A model generated the notes under the pieces. It ran no database searches. It worked only from the letters and a program-made list of their open reading frames with translations, and was not told the DNA's origin. The translations under genes and the position numbers were made by a program. Positions 27,501 to 36,619 of a DNA stretch of 64,000 nt are shown here, piece by piece (positions within the stretch are counted from its first letter, which is position 1; the number at the start of each line of letters is the position of its first letter). The DNA comes from Gemmatimonadales bacterium. Its GTDB lineage: Bacteria > Gemmatimonadota > Gemmatimonadetes > Gemmatimonadales > GWC2-71-9. The stretch spans positions 3,158-67,157 of the forward strand of contig DATJQI010000078.1 of NCBI GenBank assembly GCA_035505915.1, read 5' to 3'.

Positions 27501-28388
27501 ATGTCGGAATCCCTGTGGCTGCAAGGGCTGATGACCGTCGGCGTGGGCGCCCTGGCCGGAGGCATCACCAACTCCGTCGGCGTCTGGCTCCTGTTCCATC
27601 CCAAGGAGCCCCGACGCCTGGGCCCGTTCACCCTGCAGGGCGCGATTCCCCGCCGGCAGACCCGCATCGCCGATTCGGTGGGGCGCTGGGTGGCCGGAGG
27701 CCTCGCGTCCGCCGAGCTCGAAACGGCGGCCCGGCGGTTCATCGCCGGGCAGCGCGACGCCCTGCTCCACGACGAGCGCCCGCTCCTCGAGCGCCTGCCG
27801 CAAGGCCTGCTCGCCGCGGTCGAGCAGGCGATCACGGACTACCTGCCGGTGGCCGTCGAGCAATTCGGCACCACGCTCGCCGACCCCGCCGCGCGCGCCC
27901 GGGTCGGCACGGCCCTGAAGACGGTAGTCGACCACGCCTTGGCGAACCTCAAGGCTCACGAACGCGTGATGGCCAAGCTCGTGATCACACCCGACCGGCT
28001 GGACCGGATGCTGGAGGGTCTCGAGGGGGGCGGCGTGGCGGAGCTGTCGGCCGCGTTCGAGTCACCCGAATTCAAGGCCCGGCTCTCGGACGCCGTGAAC
28101 GAGGCGGTGGTGCGCTTTCTCCGGAGGCCCATCGCCGAGCGGTTGTGGGCGCTCGGCCCCGACCGGCTGGACGGGCTGGAGCGTGCCGCCGCGGACTACA
28201 TCGTGGCCGCGCTGCGGGCGCCGGAGACCGCGGAGTGGGCGGCCACGCGGGCGCGCGAAGCGGTCGGCTCGCTCCGTGACCTGCCCATCGGACGGCCCCG
28301 GGAGCTCAAGATGATCGTGTGGATGGGGGTGGGACTGGGCGCCCTGGTGGGCGCCGCGGCCTGGGGACTGAGTCTGCTGCTCGGCTAG
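27501..28388 (+). CDS. DUF445-family membrane protein
   Basis: MSESLWLQGLMTVGVGALAGGITNSVGVWLLFHP... C-terminal TM helix. A -10-like TTATCT ends 7 nt before the ATG (possible leaderless start). Confidence 0.6.
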   Translation: MSESLWLQGLMTVGVGALAGGITNSVGVWLLFHPKEPRRLGPFTLQGAIPRRQTRIADSVGRWVAGGLASAELETAARRFIAGQRDALLHDERPLLERLPQGLLAAVEQAITDYLPVAVEQFGTTLADPAARARVGTALKTVVDHALANLKAHERVMAKLVITPDRLDRMLEGLEGGGVAELSAAFESPEFKARLSDAVNEAVVRFLRRPIAERLWALGPDRLDGLERAAADYIVAALRAPETAEWAATRAREAVGSLRDLPIGRPRELKMIVWMGVGLGALVGAAAWGLSLLLG

Positions 28389-29593
28389 CGCACCCGGGCG
28401 GGCGGGAGGTTCTTCCACCCGGCCCAGTCCTTGGGAGCATCGACGACGACGCTTCCGAAGCGCCCGTCGATCGAGACGGTTTCGGCGCGCCAGCGCCGTC
28501 CGGGCTCCACGCGTTTAGCCCAGCCCCGGCGGAGCCCCGACACGAACGCCGCGGCGGCGGGCTTGTCCCGCCACACGACGTACCACACCAGCGCGTCGGC
28601 GTGGGGGCCGTACACGGCGTACCGGTCTCCCATCCAGCCTGAGGACAAGGCCTCGGCCTGGCCCTCGGAGCCCAGGGCCTGCTGCAGCACCAGCCGGGTT
28701 TCGAACTCCCCCAGGTCGTCCTGGTAGCCGGCCGCGCCCGCCGGCGTCGGGCCGATGGTGATGGCGACGGGCATCTCGCGCGCGGCGTACCGCTCCGGAT
28801 GCAGGATCTGGGACGTCGAGACCGGCATCAGCGCGCCGTAGGGCTGCTCGCCGGGATGGTTGATGATGAACCACCGCACGAAGTCGCCGCCCGCGAGGTA
28901 CGGGAAGATCAGGGTCTCGCGCACCCAGAGCGGGGCGCTGGCGAACACCGGCATCTGGTCCTGCTGCTGCCCGACCGCGCTCCGCATGTCCCACATCGAC
29001 GGGATGCGGGTGACGTCCTGCTCGGGCATGATCACCAGGATGGACCCCAGCACGGCCTGGCCCTCGAACACCGCCTGGCCGGCGGACAGCCGGTCATTGT
29101 CCCCCTTCTGATGCATGACCGAATCGATGGAGGAGTATTGATCCTGGAGCGCGTGCACCATCTCGTGCGAGATCACTTTGAGCTCCAGCGTCGCGGTGTC
29201 CACGTCACTCGGGATGAACAACGCGCCCGAATCGGGATCGTAGAAGCCCGCGATCTGCTCGCTCAGCACGCTGACCAGCAGCCCGTGCAGGTCCAGGGTG
29301 TCCGGGATGAGACCGAAATGCTTGTACGCCGCTTCCCGCGCCCGGAACTCGGCGGGAGGCATGTCCTCGTCGATCTTGTGCAGGGCGTAGTCGTGCACCT
29401 CCTGCCGGCTGCGGATCCTCACGCCCGGCACGCGCTTGAACTTGAGCCCCACCGCCCGCTCGACCGCCGGCATGGTCCGGCGCACCATGCCCTCGATGGC
29501 CGACTGCGTCTGCACCGCCTCCGCGCGCTGCCGGCACGACACCAGGGCCACGAGGGCCGCCGCCAGCGGCAGCAACCGCATCAACCGGCCCAT
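28385..29593 (-). CDS. Secreted/lipoprotein zinc metallopeptidase-like protein (HExxH)
   Basis: Signal plus lipobox-like ALVALVSC. HEMVHALQDQY motif. No specific family recognised. Confidence 0.55.
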   Translation of the reverse strand: MGRLMRLLPLAAALVALVSCRQRAEAVQTQSAIEGMVRRTMPAVERAVGLKFKRVPGVRIRSRQEVHDYALHKIDEDMPPAEFRAREAAYKHFGLIPDTLDLHGLLVSVLSEQIAGFYDPDSGALFIPSDVDTATLELKVISHEMVHALQDQYSSIDSVMHQKGDNDRLSAGQAVFEGQAVLGSILVIMPEQDVTRIPSMWDMRSAVGQQQDQMPVFASAPLWVRETLIFPYLAGGDFVRWFIINHPGEQPYGALMPVSTSQILHPERYAAREMPVAITIGPTPAGAAGYQDDLGEFETRLVLQQALGSEGQAEALSSGWMGDRYAVYGPHADALVWYVVWRDKPAAAAFVSGLRRGWAKRVEPGRRWRAETVSIDGRFGSVVVDAPKDWAGWKNLPPARVR

Positions 29594-30708
29594 TCGAGGC
29601 TCTGGCCCGTCGCCGCCGACACCACGCGCGCCACCTCACGCCCGGTGACCACCAGCCCCTGGGATTCAAGCTCGGCCCGCAGCAGCCGGTCCAGCTCGGC
29701 CCGCCGCTCCCCGAGGGTCGGAGCGCCGCGGGCCGGCTCGGCGGCGGGCGCGGCCTCTCCCCGGCCGGAGAGCATCCGGTCCAGTTCGGCGCCGATGCGC
29801 TCGAGCATCGGCACGATCTCCGCGGCGAGGTCGGGAGCCTGCTCCGCGGCGGGATCGTCGGCGCTGCCCCGGCGGATCGCCTTCTCCACCCGGCGGCGCT
29901 CCCGGATCAGGCGGTCGAGCTCGGGCGAGACGCGGGCGGTCGCCTGCGCGTGCGCGCACGCTTCGTCCAGCGCGTCGATCGCCTTGTCGGGGCGCGCCCG
30001 GTCGGGCACGAAGCGATCGGTCAGCACGATCGCGGCCTGCAGGGCGTCGTCGGAGATCGCGACGGCGTGATGACGCTCGAGCCGGGGACGCCGGGCCAGC
30101 AGCACTTCGCGGGTCTGCGCCACGTCCAGCTCCTCCACCGGGACCGGATGGAAGCGCCGTTCCAGCGCCGGATCCCCGCGCACCCAGCGGTCGTACTCCG
30201 CCCCGGTGGTCGCGCCGATGATCCGGATGTCCCCGCGGACCAGGGCGGGCTTGAGCATGTTCGCGGCGTCCATCGCCGCGCCCACCGCCGTCCCCTGTCC
30301 CACGAGGTTGTGCAGCTCGTCCACGAACAGGATGGCGTCGGGATTGGCGGCCAGCGCGGCCACCACGGTGCGGAGCCGCTCTTCGTACTGCCCCCGGTAC
30401 GCGGTGCCCGCCAGGAGCGCCATGTGGTCCAGGGAGAGGATCTGGGCGTCCTTCAGGGCGGGCGGTACGTCCCCCGCGGCGATCCGCTGCGCCAGGCCTT
30501 CGACGATCGCCGTCTTGCCCACGCCCGCCCGCCCCACCAGCGCGGGGTTGTTCTTCCCCTGGCGGAGCAGGATGTCCACCACCCGCGCGACTTCCGCGTC
30601 GCGGCAGCGGACCGGCTCCAGCTCGCCGCGCCGGGCCTGCTGCGTGAGATCCAGCGTGACGCGCTCGAGCACGTCACCCTCACCGAAAAGGCCGAACGGA
30701 TCGCTCAC
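29581..30708 (-). CDS. Stand-alone Clp/Hsp100-type AAA+ D1 module with short coiled-coil tail
   Basis: ELEPVRCRDAEVARVVDILLRQGKNNPALVGRAGVGKTAIVEGLAQRIAAGDVP...ILFVDELHNLVGQG...RIIGATT...LERRFHPV. Lacks the Clp N-domain and the second ATPase domain. Confidence 0.7.
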   Translation of the reverse strand: MSDPFGLFGEGDVLERVTLDLTQQARRGELEPVRCRDAEVARVVDILLRQGKNNPALVGRAGVGKTAIVEGLAQRIAAGDVPPALKDAQILSLDHMALLAGTAYRGQYEERLRTVVAALAANPDAILFVDELHNLVGQGTAVGAAMDAANMLKPALVRGDIRIIGATTGAEYDRWVRGDPALERRFHPVPVEELDVAQTREVLLARRPRLERHHAVAISDDALQAAIVLTDRFVPDRARPDKAIDALDEACAHAQATARVSPELDRLIRERRRVEKAIRRGSADDPAAEQAPDLAAEIVPMLERIGAELDRMLSGRGEAAPAAEPARGAPTLGERRAELDRLLRAELESQGLVVTGREVARVVSAATGQSLEWAG

Positions 30709-30712
30709 GCCG

Positions 30713-31498
30713 TCACGCGCCGCGCAGGAACTGGACGTACCAGGAGAGAATCGGGTCCTCGAAGAGGAAGGTCACCGCCGCGCCCACGGCCAGGAATACC
30801 CCGAAGGGCACAAGACGCTTCCCCCAGATCAGCTGCACGGGGATGAAGATCAGGGAGCCCAGGAGCGCGCCCAGGAACACGGTGAGCAGCACGCCGCGCC
30901 AGCCGACGAACGCTCCGATCATCGCCAGCATCTTCACGTCGCCCCACCCCATCGCCTCCTGCTTGAGCACGGCGCCGCCGGCGATCCGCACCACCCACAG
31001 GAGTCCCCATCCTACGGCGGCGCCGGTGAGCGCCGCGAGGAGCCCCTGCACCCCCCCGAACAAGCCGAGGGCCAGACCCAGCACCAATCCCCCGTACGAG
31101 AGTTCGTCGGGAATGATGTAGTGGCGGGCGTCGATCACGCCGATGCCGAGCAGGATGGTGGAAAGCAGCGCCGCCTCGAGCATCCGGGGCGTGGGGCCGA
31201 AGAGCAGCGCCGCGGAGAGCCAGAGCGCCCCCACCAGCAGCTCGATCAGGATGTACTGCGGCGAGATGGGCTCCCCGCACCACCGGCAGCGCCCCCGCAG
31301 GACCAGCCAGGACACGACCGGAACGTTGTCGTACCACGCGATCTCGCGGTGGCACTTCGGGCACGACGACGGGGGCCGCACCAGAGAGCGGGCTTTGGGG
31401 TCCTCGTTGGGAAGCCGCACGATGCAGACGTTCAGAAAGCTTCCGAAGACCAGTCCCAGGATCGTGGAGAAGGTGAGGAAGAACGCCTCAGCGCCCAC
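30713..31498 (-). CDS. pilD: Prepilin peptidase (A24 family)
   Basis: CPKCHREIAWYDNVPVVSWLVLRGRCRWCGEPI and GWGDVKMLAMIG motifs. GTG start 31498 overlaps the upstream gene by 11 nt. Confidence 0.8.
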   Translation of the reverse strand: MGAEAFFLTFSTILGLVFGSFLNVCIVRLPNEDPKARSLVRPPSSCPKCHREIAWYDNVPVVSWLVLRGRCRWCGEPISPQYILIELLVGALWLSAALLFGPTPRMLEAALLSTILLGIGVIDARHYIIPDELSYGGLVLGLALGLFGGVQGLLAALTGAAVGWGLLWVVRIAGGAVLKQEAMGWGDVKMLAMIGAFVGWRGVLLTVFLGALLGSLIFIPVQLIWGKRLVPFGVFLAVGAAVTFLFEDPILSWYVQFLRGA

Positions 31499-32186
31499 GC
31501 AGCACCTCGTAGAGGAGAATGCCCGCCGCCACCGCGACGTTGAGCGACTCGGCGCCCCCGGGGAGCGGGATCGCCACGCGCTGGGCCGCCACCGCGTTGA
31601 GCGCGGGGCGGATCCCGGCCCCTTCATTGCCGACGATGACGCCGACCGGTCCGGCGCCCCGCTTGACCCGGGTGATGGGCACGCCGTCCGCCGCCGTGGC
31701 CCACAGCGTCACCTCGTGCTCCCGGGTCCACGTGATGAACGCCGGATCGTCGAGGGAGACCACCGGGTGGCGGAAGTTCGCGCCCATCGCCGCCCGCAGG
31801 GTCTTGGGGCCGAGGATGTCGGCGGTTCCGCGGAGGACGATGGTGCCCCGGACGCCGAGGCCATGCGCGGTCCGCAACAAGGTCCCGACGTTGCCGGGAT
31901 CCTGAACCCCGTCGATGACGAGCACCACGCCGCCCTTCGAGAGATCGAGATCCTCGAGGGTCCAGCGCCGAGGCTCGATCACCGCGACGATGCCCTGGGG
32001 CGTTTCGGTATCCGCGAGCGGCGCGAAAACGCGCGCGGAGACGGTCTCGAGCGGCACCGCCCGGCGCTCCAGGTCCTCCCGCAGCGCGGCGCCGCGGGCG
32101 GTGCGCTCCAGGTCGGCGGCGATCACCGCCCCCCGGATCGGAAGATCCGCGGCGATCGCCTCCTCCACGAGGCGGACCCCCTCCAC
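31488..32186 (-). CDS. TrmH/SpoU-family RNA 2'-O-methyltransferase
   Basis: VLVIDGVQDPGNVGTLLRTAHGLG...VIVGNEGAGIR...IPLPGGAESLNVAVAAGILLYE. Confidence 0.8.
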   Translation of the reverse strand: MEGVRLVEEAIAADLPIRGAVIAADLERTARGAALREDLERRAVPLETVSARVFAPLADTETPQGIVAVIEPRRWTLEDLDLSKGGVVLVIDGVQDPGNVGTLLRTAHGLGVRGTIVLRGTADILGPKTLRAAMGANFRHPVVSLDDPAFITWTREHEVTLWATAADGVPITRVKRGAGPVGVIVGNEGAGIRPALNAVAAQRVAIPLPGGAESLNVAVAAGILLYEVLRGR

Positions 32187-32318
32187 CAGCGCGAGGCCGC
32201 GGCGGCCCCGCGCTTTGCGCCGTTGGAGATCGCGGATGAGAGACTGCAGATTAGTGGCTATGGTGTTCCCCGTGCTTCATAACATCGCCCGCGGCGTCCC
32301 TTTCGCCAAGCGTGGACC

Positions 32319-33134
32319 GTGCGGATCGTCCTGACGGTCGCGGGATCCGACTCAGGGGGCGGCGCCGGCATCCAGGCCGACCTCAAGACCTTCCACCAGT
32401 TCGGCGTCTTCGGCACGAGCGTCCTCGCGGCGGTCACCGCGCAGAACACGCGGGGCGTTTCGGCCTGGGAGCCGGTGAGCCCGGCGCTCATCACGGCCCA
32501 GCTCGACGCGCTCCTCGCCGATCTCCCGCCGGACGCCGTGAAGAGCGGCATGCTCGGCTCCACGGACGCGGTGCGGGCGCTCGCGGGCGCCCTCCGCGGG
32601 CTCGGCGGGAGGCCCTACGTGCTGGACCCCGTGTTGGTGGCGACCTCCGGGGATATGCTGGCGCAGGACGGCGTCCCGGCGGCGCTCGCGGCGCACCTCG
32701 TCCCCCTCGCGGCGCTGGTCACCCCCAACCTCGCCGAGGCGGAGACCCTGACCGGCGCGGCGGTCCGCACGCCGGACGACATGGAGCGCGCCGCGGCGGT
32801 TCTGGTGCGGATGGGAGCGGGCGCCGCGCTGGTGAAGGGCGGGCACCTGCCCGGCGATCAGGTCGTCGACGTCCTGGCGCGGCGCGGCGGGGTTCGCCGG
32901 TTCACCCATCCGCGGGTCGACACGACCTCCACGCATGGAACGGGCTGCACGCTTTCGGCGGCGATTACGGCAGGCCTGGCGCTGGGGCGGCCGCTCGAGC
33001 CGGCGGTGGAAGATGCCATCGACTTCGTGCGCCGGGCACTGGCGTCGGCGCCGGGCCTCGGCGGCGGACAGGGGCCGCTGAATCACTTCGTGCCGGCTCC
33101 CCGGGGAGGACCTTCTACACTGTCAGGCGGTTAG
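32319..33134 (+). CDS. thiD: Hydroxymethylpyrimidine/phosphomethylpyrimidine kinase
   Basis: [41 protein letters not shown]...[18 protein letters not shown] start. Confidence 0.9.
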   Translation: MRIVLTVAGSDSGGGAGIQADLKTFHQFGVFGTSVLAAVTAQNTRGVSAWEPVSPALITAQLDALLADLPPDAVKSGMLGSTDAVRALAGALRGLGGRPYVLDPVLVATSGDMLAQDGVPAALAAHLVPLAALVTPNLAEAETLTGAAVRTPDDMERAAAVLVRMGAGAALVKGGHLPGDQVVDVLARRGGVRRFTHPRVDTTSTHGTGCTLSAAITAGLALGRPLEPAVEDAIDFVRRALASAPGLGGGQGPLNHFVPAPRGGPSTLSGG

Positions 33135-33178
33135 TTCCTAGTCGGTTAGTCGTCAGCGCCTAACCGCCTAACCGACTA
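33124..33178. terminator. Imperfect palindrome / bidirectional terminator that includes the 3' ends of both convergent genes
   Basis: TAGTCGGTTAG (33139-33149) pairs with CTAACCGACTA (33168-33178). GGTTAG occurs twice on each strand. Both genes end with GGCGGTTAG. Confidence 0.5.
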
Positions 33179-33978
33179 ACAACTTCAGTGATCAAGTCCC
33201 CGAGCTTCGCCCCCGCTCGCGCTCCCACATCGAGCACTTCCTGATGTGAAAGATTCGCGCCGGACAACCCCGCGGCGGGGTTGGTGACGATCGAGAACCC
33301 GAGGCACTTGAGCCCGCGCGCGCGCGCGACGATCACCTCGGGCACCGTGGACATCCCCACCGCGTCGGCGCCCATCTTCCCCAGCATCCGCACCTCCGCC
33401 GGCGTTTCGTACGACGGGCCGAGGAGCGCCGCGTACACCCCCTCTTCGAGCGGAATGCGGAGCCGGGCCGCCGTTTCGCGCGCCAGCGTCCGCAGGCCGG
33501 CATCGTAGGCCTCCGTCATGTCGGGGAAGCGCTCTTCCGCCTCGACGGCCGGGCCGATCAGCGGATTCCGGAACATGAGGTTCAGATGATCGGAGATGAG
33601 CATCAGCGTGCCGGCGCCGAACCCCGGGCGGATCCCGCCGGACGCGTTGGTAGTGATCAGCGTGCGGATTCCGAGCCGGGCGAACACGCGCACCGGCAGC
33701 CCCGCCGTGACGGCGTCGTGGCCCTCATAGAGATGAAAGCGTCCCGCCTGCACCAGCACGGGGACGCCGCCGAGCGTGCCCGCCACCAGCTCGCCCTTGT
33801 GGCCGGCCACGCCGGGCTCGGGGAATCCGGGGACCTCGGCGTAGGGGATCCGGACGGCGCCTTCGACCCGGTCGGCCAGAAACCCCAGCCCGGAGCCGAG
33901 GACGACGGCGATCGCGGGCTTGCGGGGCGCGATCCGGCGGGCGACGACGTCGGCCGCCGCCTTGGGCGACGCCGTCAC
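33160..33978 (-). CDS. Purine nucleoside phosphorylase (PNP/MTAP trimeric family)
   Basis: AIAVVLGSGLG...GHKGELVAGTLGGVPVLVQAGRFHLYEGH...TNASGG...GMSTVPEVIVA. GTG start in a GTGA overlap with the nupC-like stop. Confidence 0.85.
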   Translation of the reverse strand: MTASPKAAADVVARRIAPRKPAIAVVLGSGLGFLADRVEGAVRIPYAEVPGFPEPGVAGHKGELVAGTLGGVPVLVQAGRFHLYEGHDAVTAGLPVRVFARLGIRTLITTNASGGIRPGFGAGTLMLISDHLNLMFRNPLIGPAVEAEERFPDMTEAYDAGLRTLARETAARLRIPLEEGVYAALLGPSYETPAEVRMLGKMGADAVGMSTVPEVIVARARGLKCLGFSIVTNPAAGLSGANLSHQEVLDVGARAGAKLGDLITEVVSRLGG

Positions 33979-35387
33979 AGGAGCATGCCGGCGAGCGTGG
34001 CCGAGAGGAAGTTGGCGAGCGTGCCGGCGAGCATCGCCCGGAACCCGAGGCGGGCCAGGTCGTGCTTCCGGTCCGGCGCCAGCGCGCCGATGCCGCCGAT
34101 CTGGATCCCCACCGACGACAGGTTCGCGAATCCGCACAGGGCGAACGTCGCGATCGTGAAGGAAACGGGGTCGAGGGCGCCCCGCAGGGGACCAAGCTGG
34201 GAGTAGGCGACGAACTCGTTCAGCACCATCCGGGTGCCCAGGAGCGCGCCGACGGTTCCCGAATCGTGCCAGGGCACGCCCATTACATACGCGATGGGCC
34301 GGAAGATCCAGGCGAGGACGGTCTGGAGATCGGCGGGGAACCAGGGCAGCCACCCGTGCACGGCGCCCATGATGCCGTTCGTCAAGGCGATCAGTGCGAT
34401 GAACGAGATCAGCATCGCCATCACGTTCAGCATCAGATGGAGGCCTTCACTGGTTCCCCGGGACGCGGCGTCCACCAGATTGACGTCGGTGCGCGGGATG
34501 TCGACCTTCACGCCGCCCCGGGTCTCCGGCACCTGCGTCTCCGGCTCGAAGATCTTGGCCATCATGATGGTGCCGGGCGCCGTCATGATGACGGCGGTGA
34601 GGAGATGTCGGGCCTCGATCCCGAAGGCGATGTACGCCGCCATGATCGACCCCGACACGTGCGCCATCCCCGACGTCATCACCGTCATCAGCTCGGACTG
34701 CGTCATCTTGGGCAGAAAGGGACGGATGGTGAGCGGCGCCTCGGTCTGCCCCATGAAGATGGAGGCCGCGACATTCAGGCTTTCGGCGCCGCTCGCGCCC
34801 ATCACCTTGTTCATCGCGACGGCGAACGCCTTCACGACGATCTGCATGATGCCGAGGTAGTACATGATCGCGAACAGCGCGGAGACGAAGATGATCGTCG
34901 GGAGGATCTGGAACGCGAACACGACTCCGATGCTCGAGTGCTGTTTTCCGATCTCGCCGAAGACGAACTCGGATCCGGCGTACGAGAATCCCAGGAGCTT
35001 GGTCGCCATCCGGCCCAGCCACGCGAACGCGTCCCGTCCCCAGGGCACGCGCAGGACGAAGACCGCGAACGCGAATTGCAGTCCCAGCCCCCACCCGACG
35101 ACCCGCCAGCTGATCGCCCGCCGGTTCCTGGAGAGCAGGATGCCGATGCCGAGGATCACCGCCATGCCGATCAGGCCGGTGAGACGCTGGGGCAGGCTCC
35201 GGGGTGCCGGGGCGACCCGCGCCGCCGCCGTGTCGGGGGGCGCCGGGGTCCGCGCGGCGGCGGACGCGGGCTGTTGGGGGACCACCGACGCATGGAGGGT
35301 GTTCCACACCGCCCGCGGCAGGGTGAACACGGCGAGCGAGCAGACGAAGGTCACTGCGAACGCCACCAGGACACGACGCAGGCTCAC
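33975..35387 (-). CDS. nupC: NupC/CNT-family concentrative nucleoside transporter
   Basis: 470 aa, polytopic. ...SIFMGQTEAPLTIRPFL...MTSGMAHVSGSIMAAY...GFANLSSVGIQIGG. Confidence 0.85.
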   Translation of the reverse strand: MSLRRVLVAFAVTFVCSLAVFTLPRAVWNTLHASVVPQQPASAAARTPAPPDTAAARVAPAPRSLPQRLTGLIGMAVILGIGILLSRNRRAISWRVVGWGLGLQFAFAVFVLRVPWGRDAFAWLGRMATKLLGFSYAGSEFVFGEIGKQHSSIGVVFAFQILPTIIFVSALFAIMYYLGIMQIVVKAFAVAMNKVMGASGAESLNVAASIFMGQTEAPLTIRPFLPKMTQSELMTVMTSGMAHVSGSIMAAYIAFGIEARHLLTAVIMTAPGTIMMAKIFEPETQVPETRGGVKVDIPRTDVNLVDAASRGTSEGLHLMLNVMAMLISFIALIALTNGIMGAVHGWLPWFPADLQTVLAWIFRPIAYVMGVPWHDSGTVGALLGTRMVLNEFVAYSQLGPLRGALDPVSFTIATFALCGFANLSSVGIQIGGIGALAPDRKHDLARLGFRAMLAGTLANFLSATLAGMLL

Positions 35388-36619
35388 AGGGCCTCCAGAT
35401 CGCTTTGGATGCGCGCCAGCAGCGCGACGCGCTCGTAGTCAGGGAGAAACGCGCTCTCACAGCCGTTCAGCACCACCCGCTCCAGCTCGGCCTTGGTGAA
35501 CCCCAGGGCCGTGTGCGCCGTGTGATACTCGTCGGTCAGCGTCACGCCGTCCATCAAGCGCCCGTCGGTGTTGAGCGTGACCCGCACGCCCTGGGCCAGG
35601 TACTTCCGCGCCGGGTGCGCCGCCAGCGTCTCGACCGTATGCGTGTGCAGGTTCGAGGTCAGGCACATCTCGAGCGGGATCTGCTTCTCCACCACCTCCG
35701 CGAGGAGCTGCGCGTCTTCGGCCAGCCGGGTGCCGTGGCCGATCCGCGTCGCCCCGCAGACGTGGATCGCCTCGCCGATCGACTCGGCCCCCGCCCCCTC
35801 CCCGGCATGACAGGTGCACGCCATCCCGTGTCCCGCCGCGTACTCGAACGCCGCGCGGTGATCGCCCGCCGGATGCCCCCGCTCCGCCCCGGCCAGATCG
35901 AACGCGACGATCCCGGCGCTCCGGTACTCCGCCGCCGCCCGCGCCAGCTCGAGGGACTCGGCCGGCGTCCGCGTGCGGATCCCGCACACGATGACGCCGA
36001 CCTTGGTCCCGGTCTCCGCGCTCGCGCGGGTGAAACCGGCCAGGGGCGCCTCGATCGCCTGGGCCAGCGTCAGCGCGGGCCGGTGCAGCAGCGGCGAGTA
36101 CCGCACTTCGACATAGCGGACGTTTTCGGCGGCGACGTCCTGGACGAACTCGTACGCGATCCGTTCGAGGGCGGCGGACGTCTGCATCACCGACAGCGTC
36201 GTCTGATAGGAGACGAGGTACTCCTCGAGATTGCGGGCTCCCTTCACCGACAGCCGGCGCGCCAGCTCGTCGGGCGTGTCCGCGGGAAGCCGCACGCCCT
36301 GGGCCCGGGCCAGCTCGATCATCGTCTGGGGCCGGAGGCATCCGTCGAGGTGAACGTGAAGCTCCACTTTGGGCCAGCGGCGGAGCGCGTCCTTCGAGAG
36401 CGCCGGACCCCCGGGCCGGGCGGAGATCACCACCCGGAAGACGGCGCCGGCCTCGCCCACGGGGCCGTCGGCCGCCACCGGGACGCCGCGGGCGTCGGTG
36501 ACGTACGCCTGCCCGGCCTCGACTTGATCGGCGAGACCCGCGTCGAGCGCACGGACGGCGTCGCGCACGCGGGCCCCCCGGGCCACCGTGACGGGCCGTT
36601 CGTTGACGAACGCTCTCAG
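35384..36619 (-). CDS. add: Adenosine deaminase with an N-terminal extension of about 80 aa
   Basis: Core KVELHVHLDGCLRP...CHAGE...NTDG. Start uncertain: CTG 36619 (CTGA overlap with the upstream stop; gives RAFVNERPVTV...) or GTG 36586. Confidence 0.8.
   Translation of the reverse strand: MRAFVNERPVTVARGARVRDAVRALDAGLADQVEAGQAYVTDARGVPVAADGPVGEAGAVFRVVISARPGGPALSKDALRRWPKVELHVHLDGCLRPQTMIELARAQGVRLPADTPDELARRLSVKGARNLEEYLVSYQTTLSVMQTSAALERIAYEFVQDVAAENVRYVEVRYSPLLHRPALTLAQAIEAPLAGFTRASAETGTKVGVIVCGIRTRTPAESLELARAAAEYRSAGIVAFDLAGAERGHPAGDHRAAFEYAAGHGMACTCHAGEGAGAESIGEAIHVCGATRIGHGTRLAEDAQLLAEVVEKQIPLEMCLTSNLHTHTVETLAAHPARKYLAQGVRVTLNTDGRLMDGVTLTDEYHTAHTALGFTKAELERVVLNGCESAFLPDYERVALLARIQSDLEAL

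Noticed and set aside
32187-32318. Possible TPP (THI-box) riboswitch upstream of thiD.
   Set aside because: A TGAGA pentamer is present (about 32236). The conserved CCTGATC-GG-TAAT-CC-GCG pyrimidine-sensing helix and the flanking GGGG/CCCC pairings are not recognisable by eye. A covariance-model scan would settle it.
33139-33178. GGTTAG repeats as telomere-like (TTAGGG permutation) sequence.
   Set aside because: There are only four non-contiguous copies, arranged as an inverted repeat between convergent genes. This is far better explained as a terminator palindrome.
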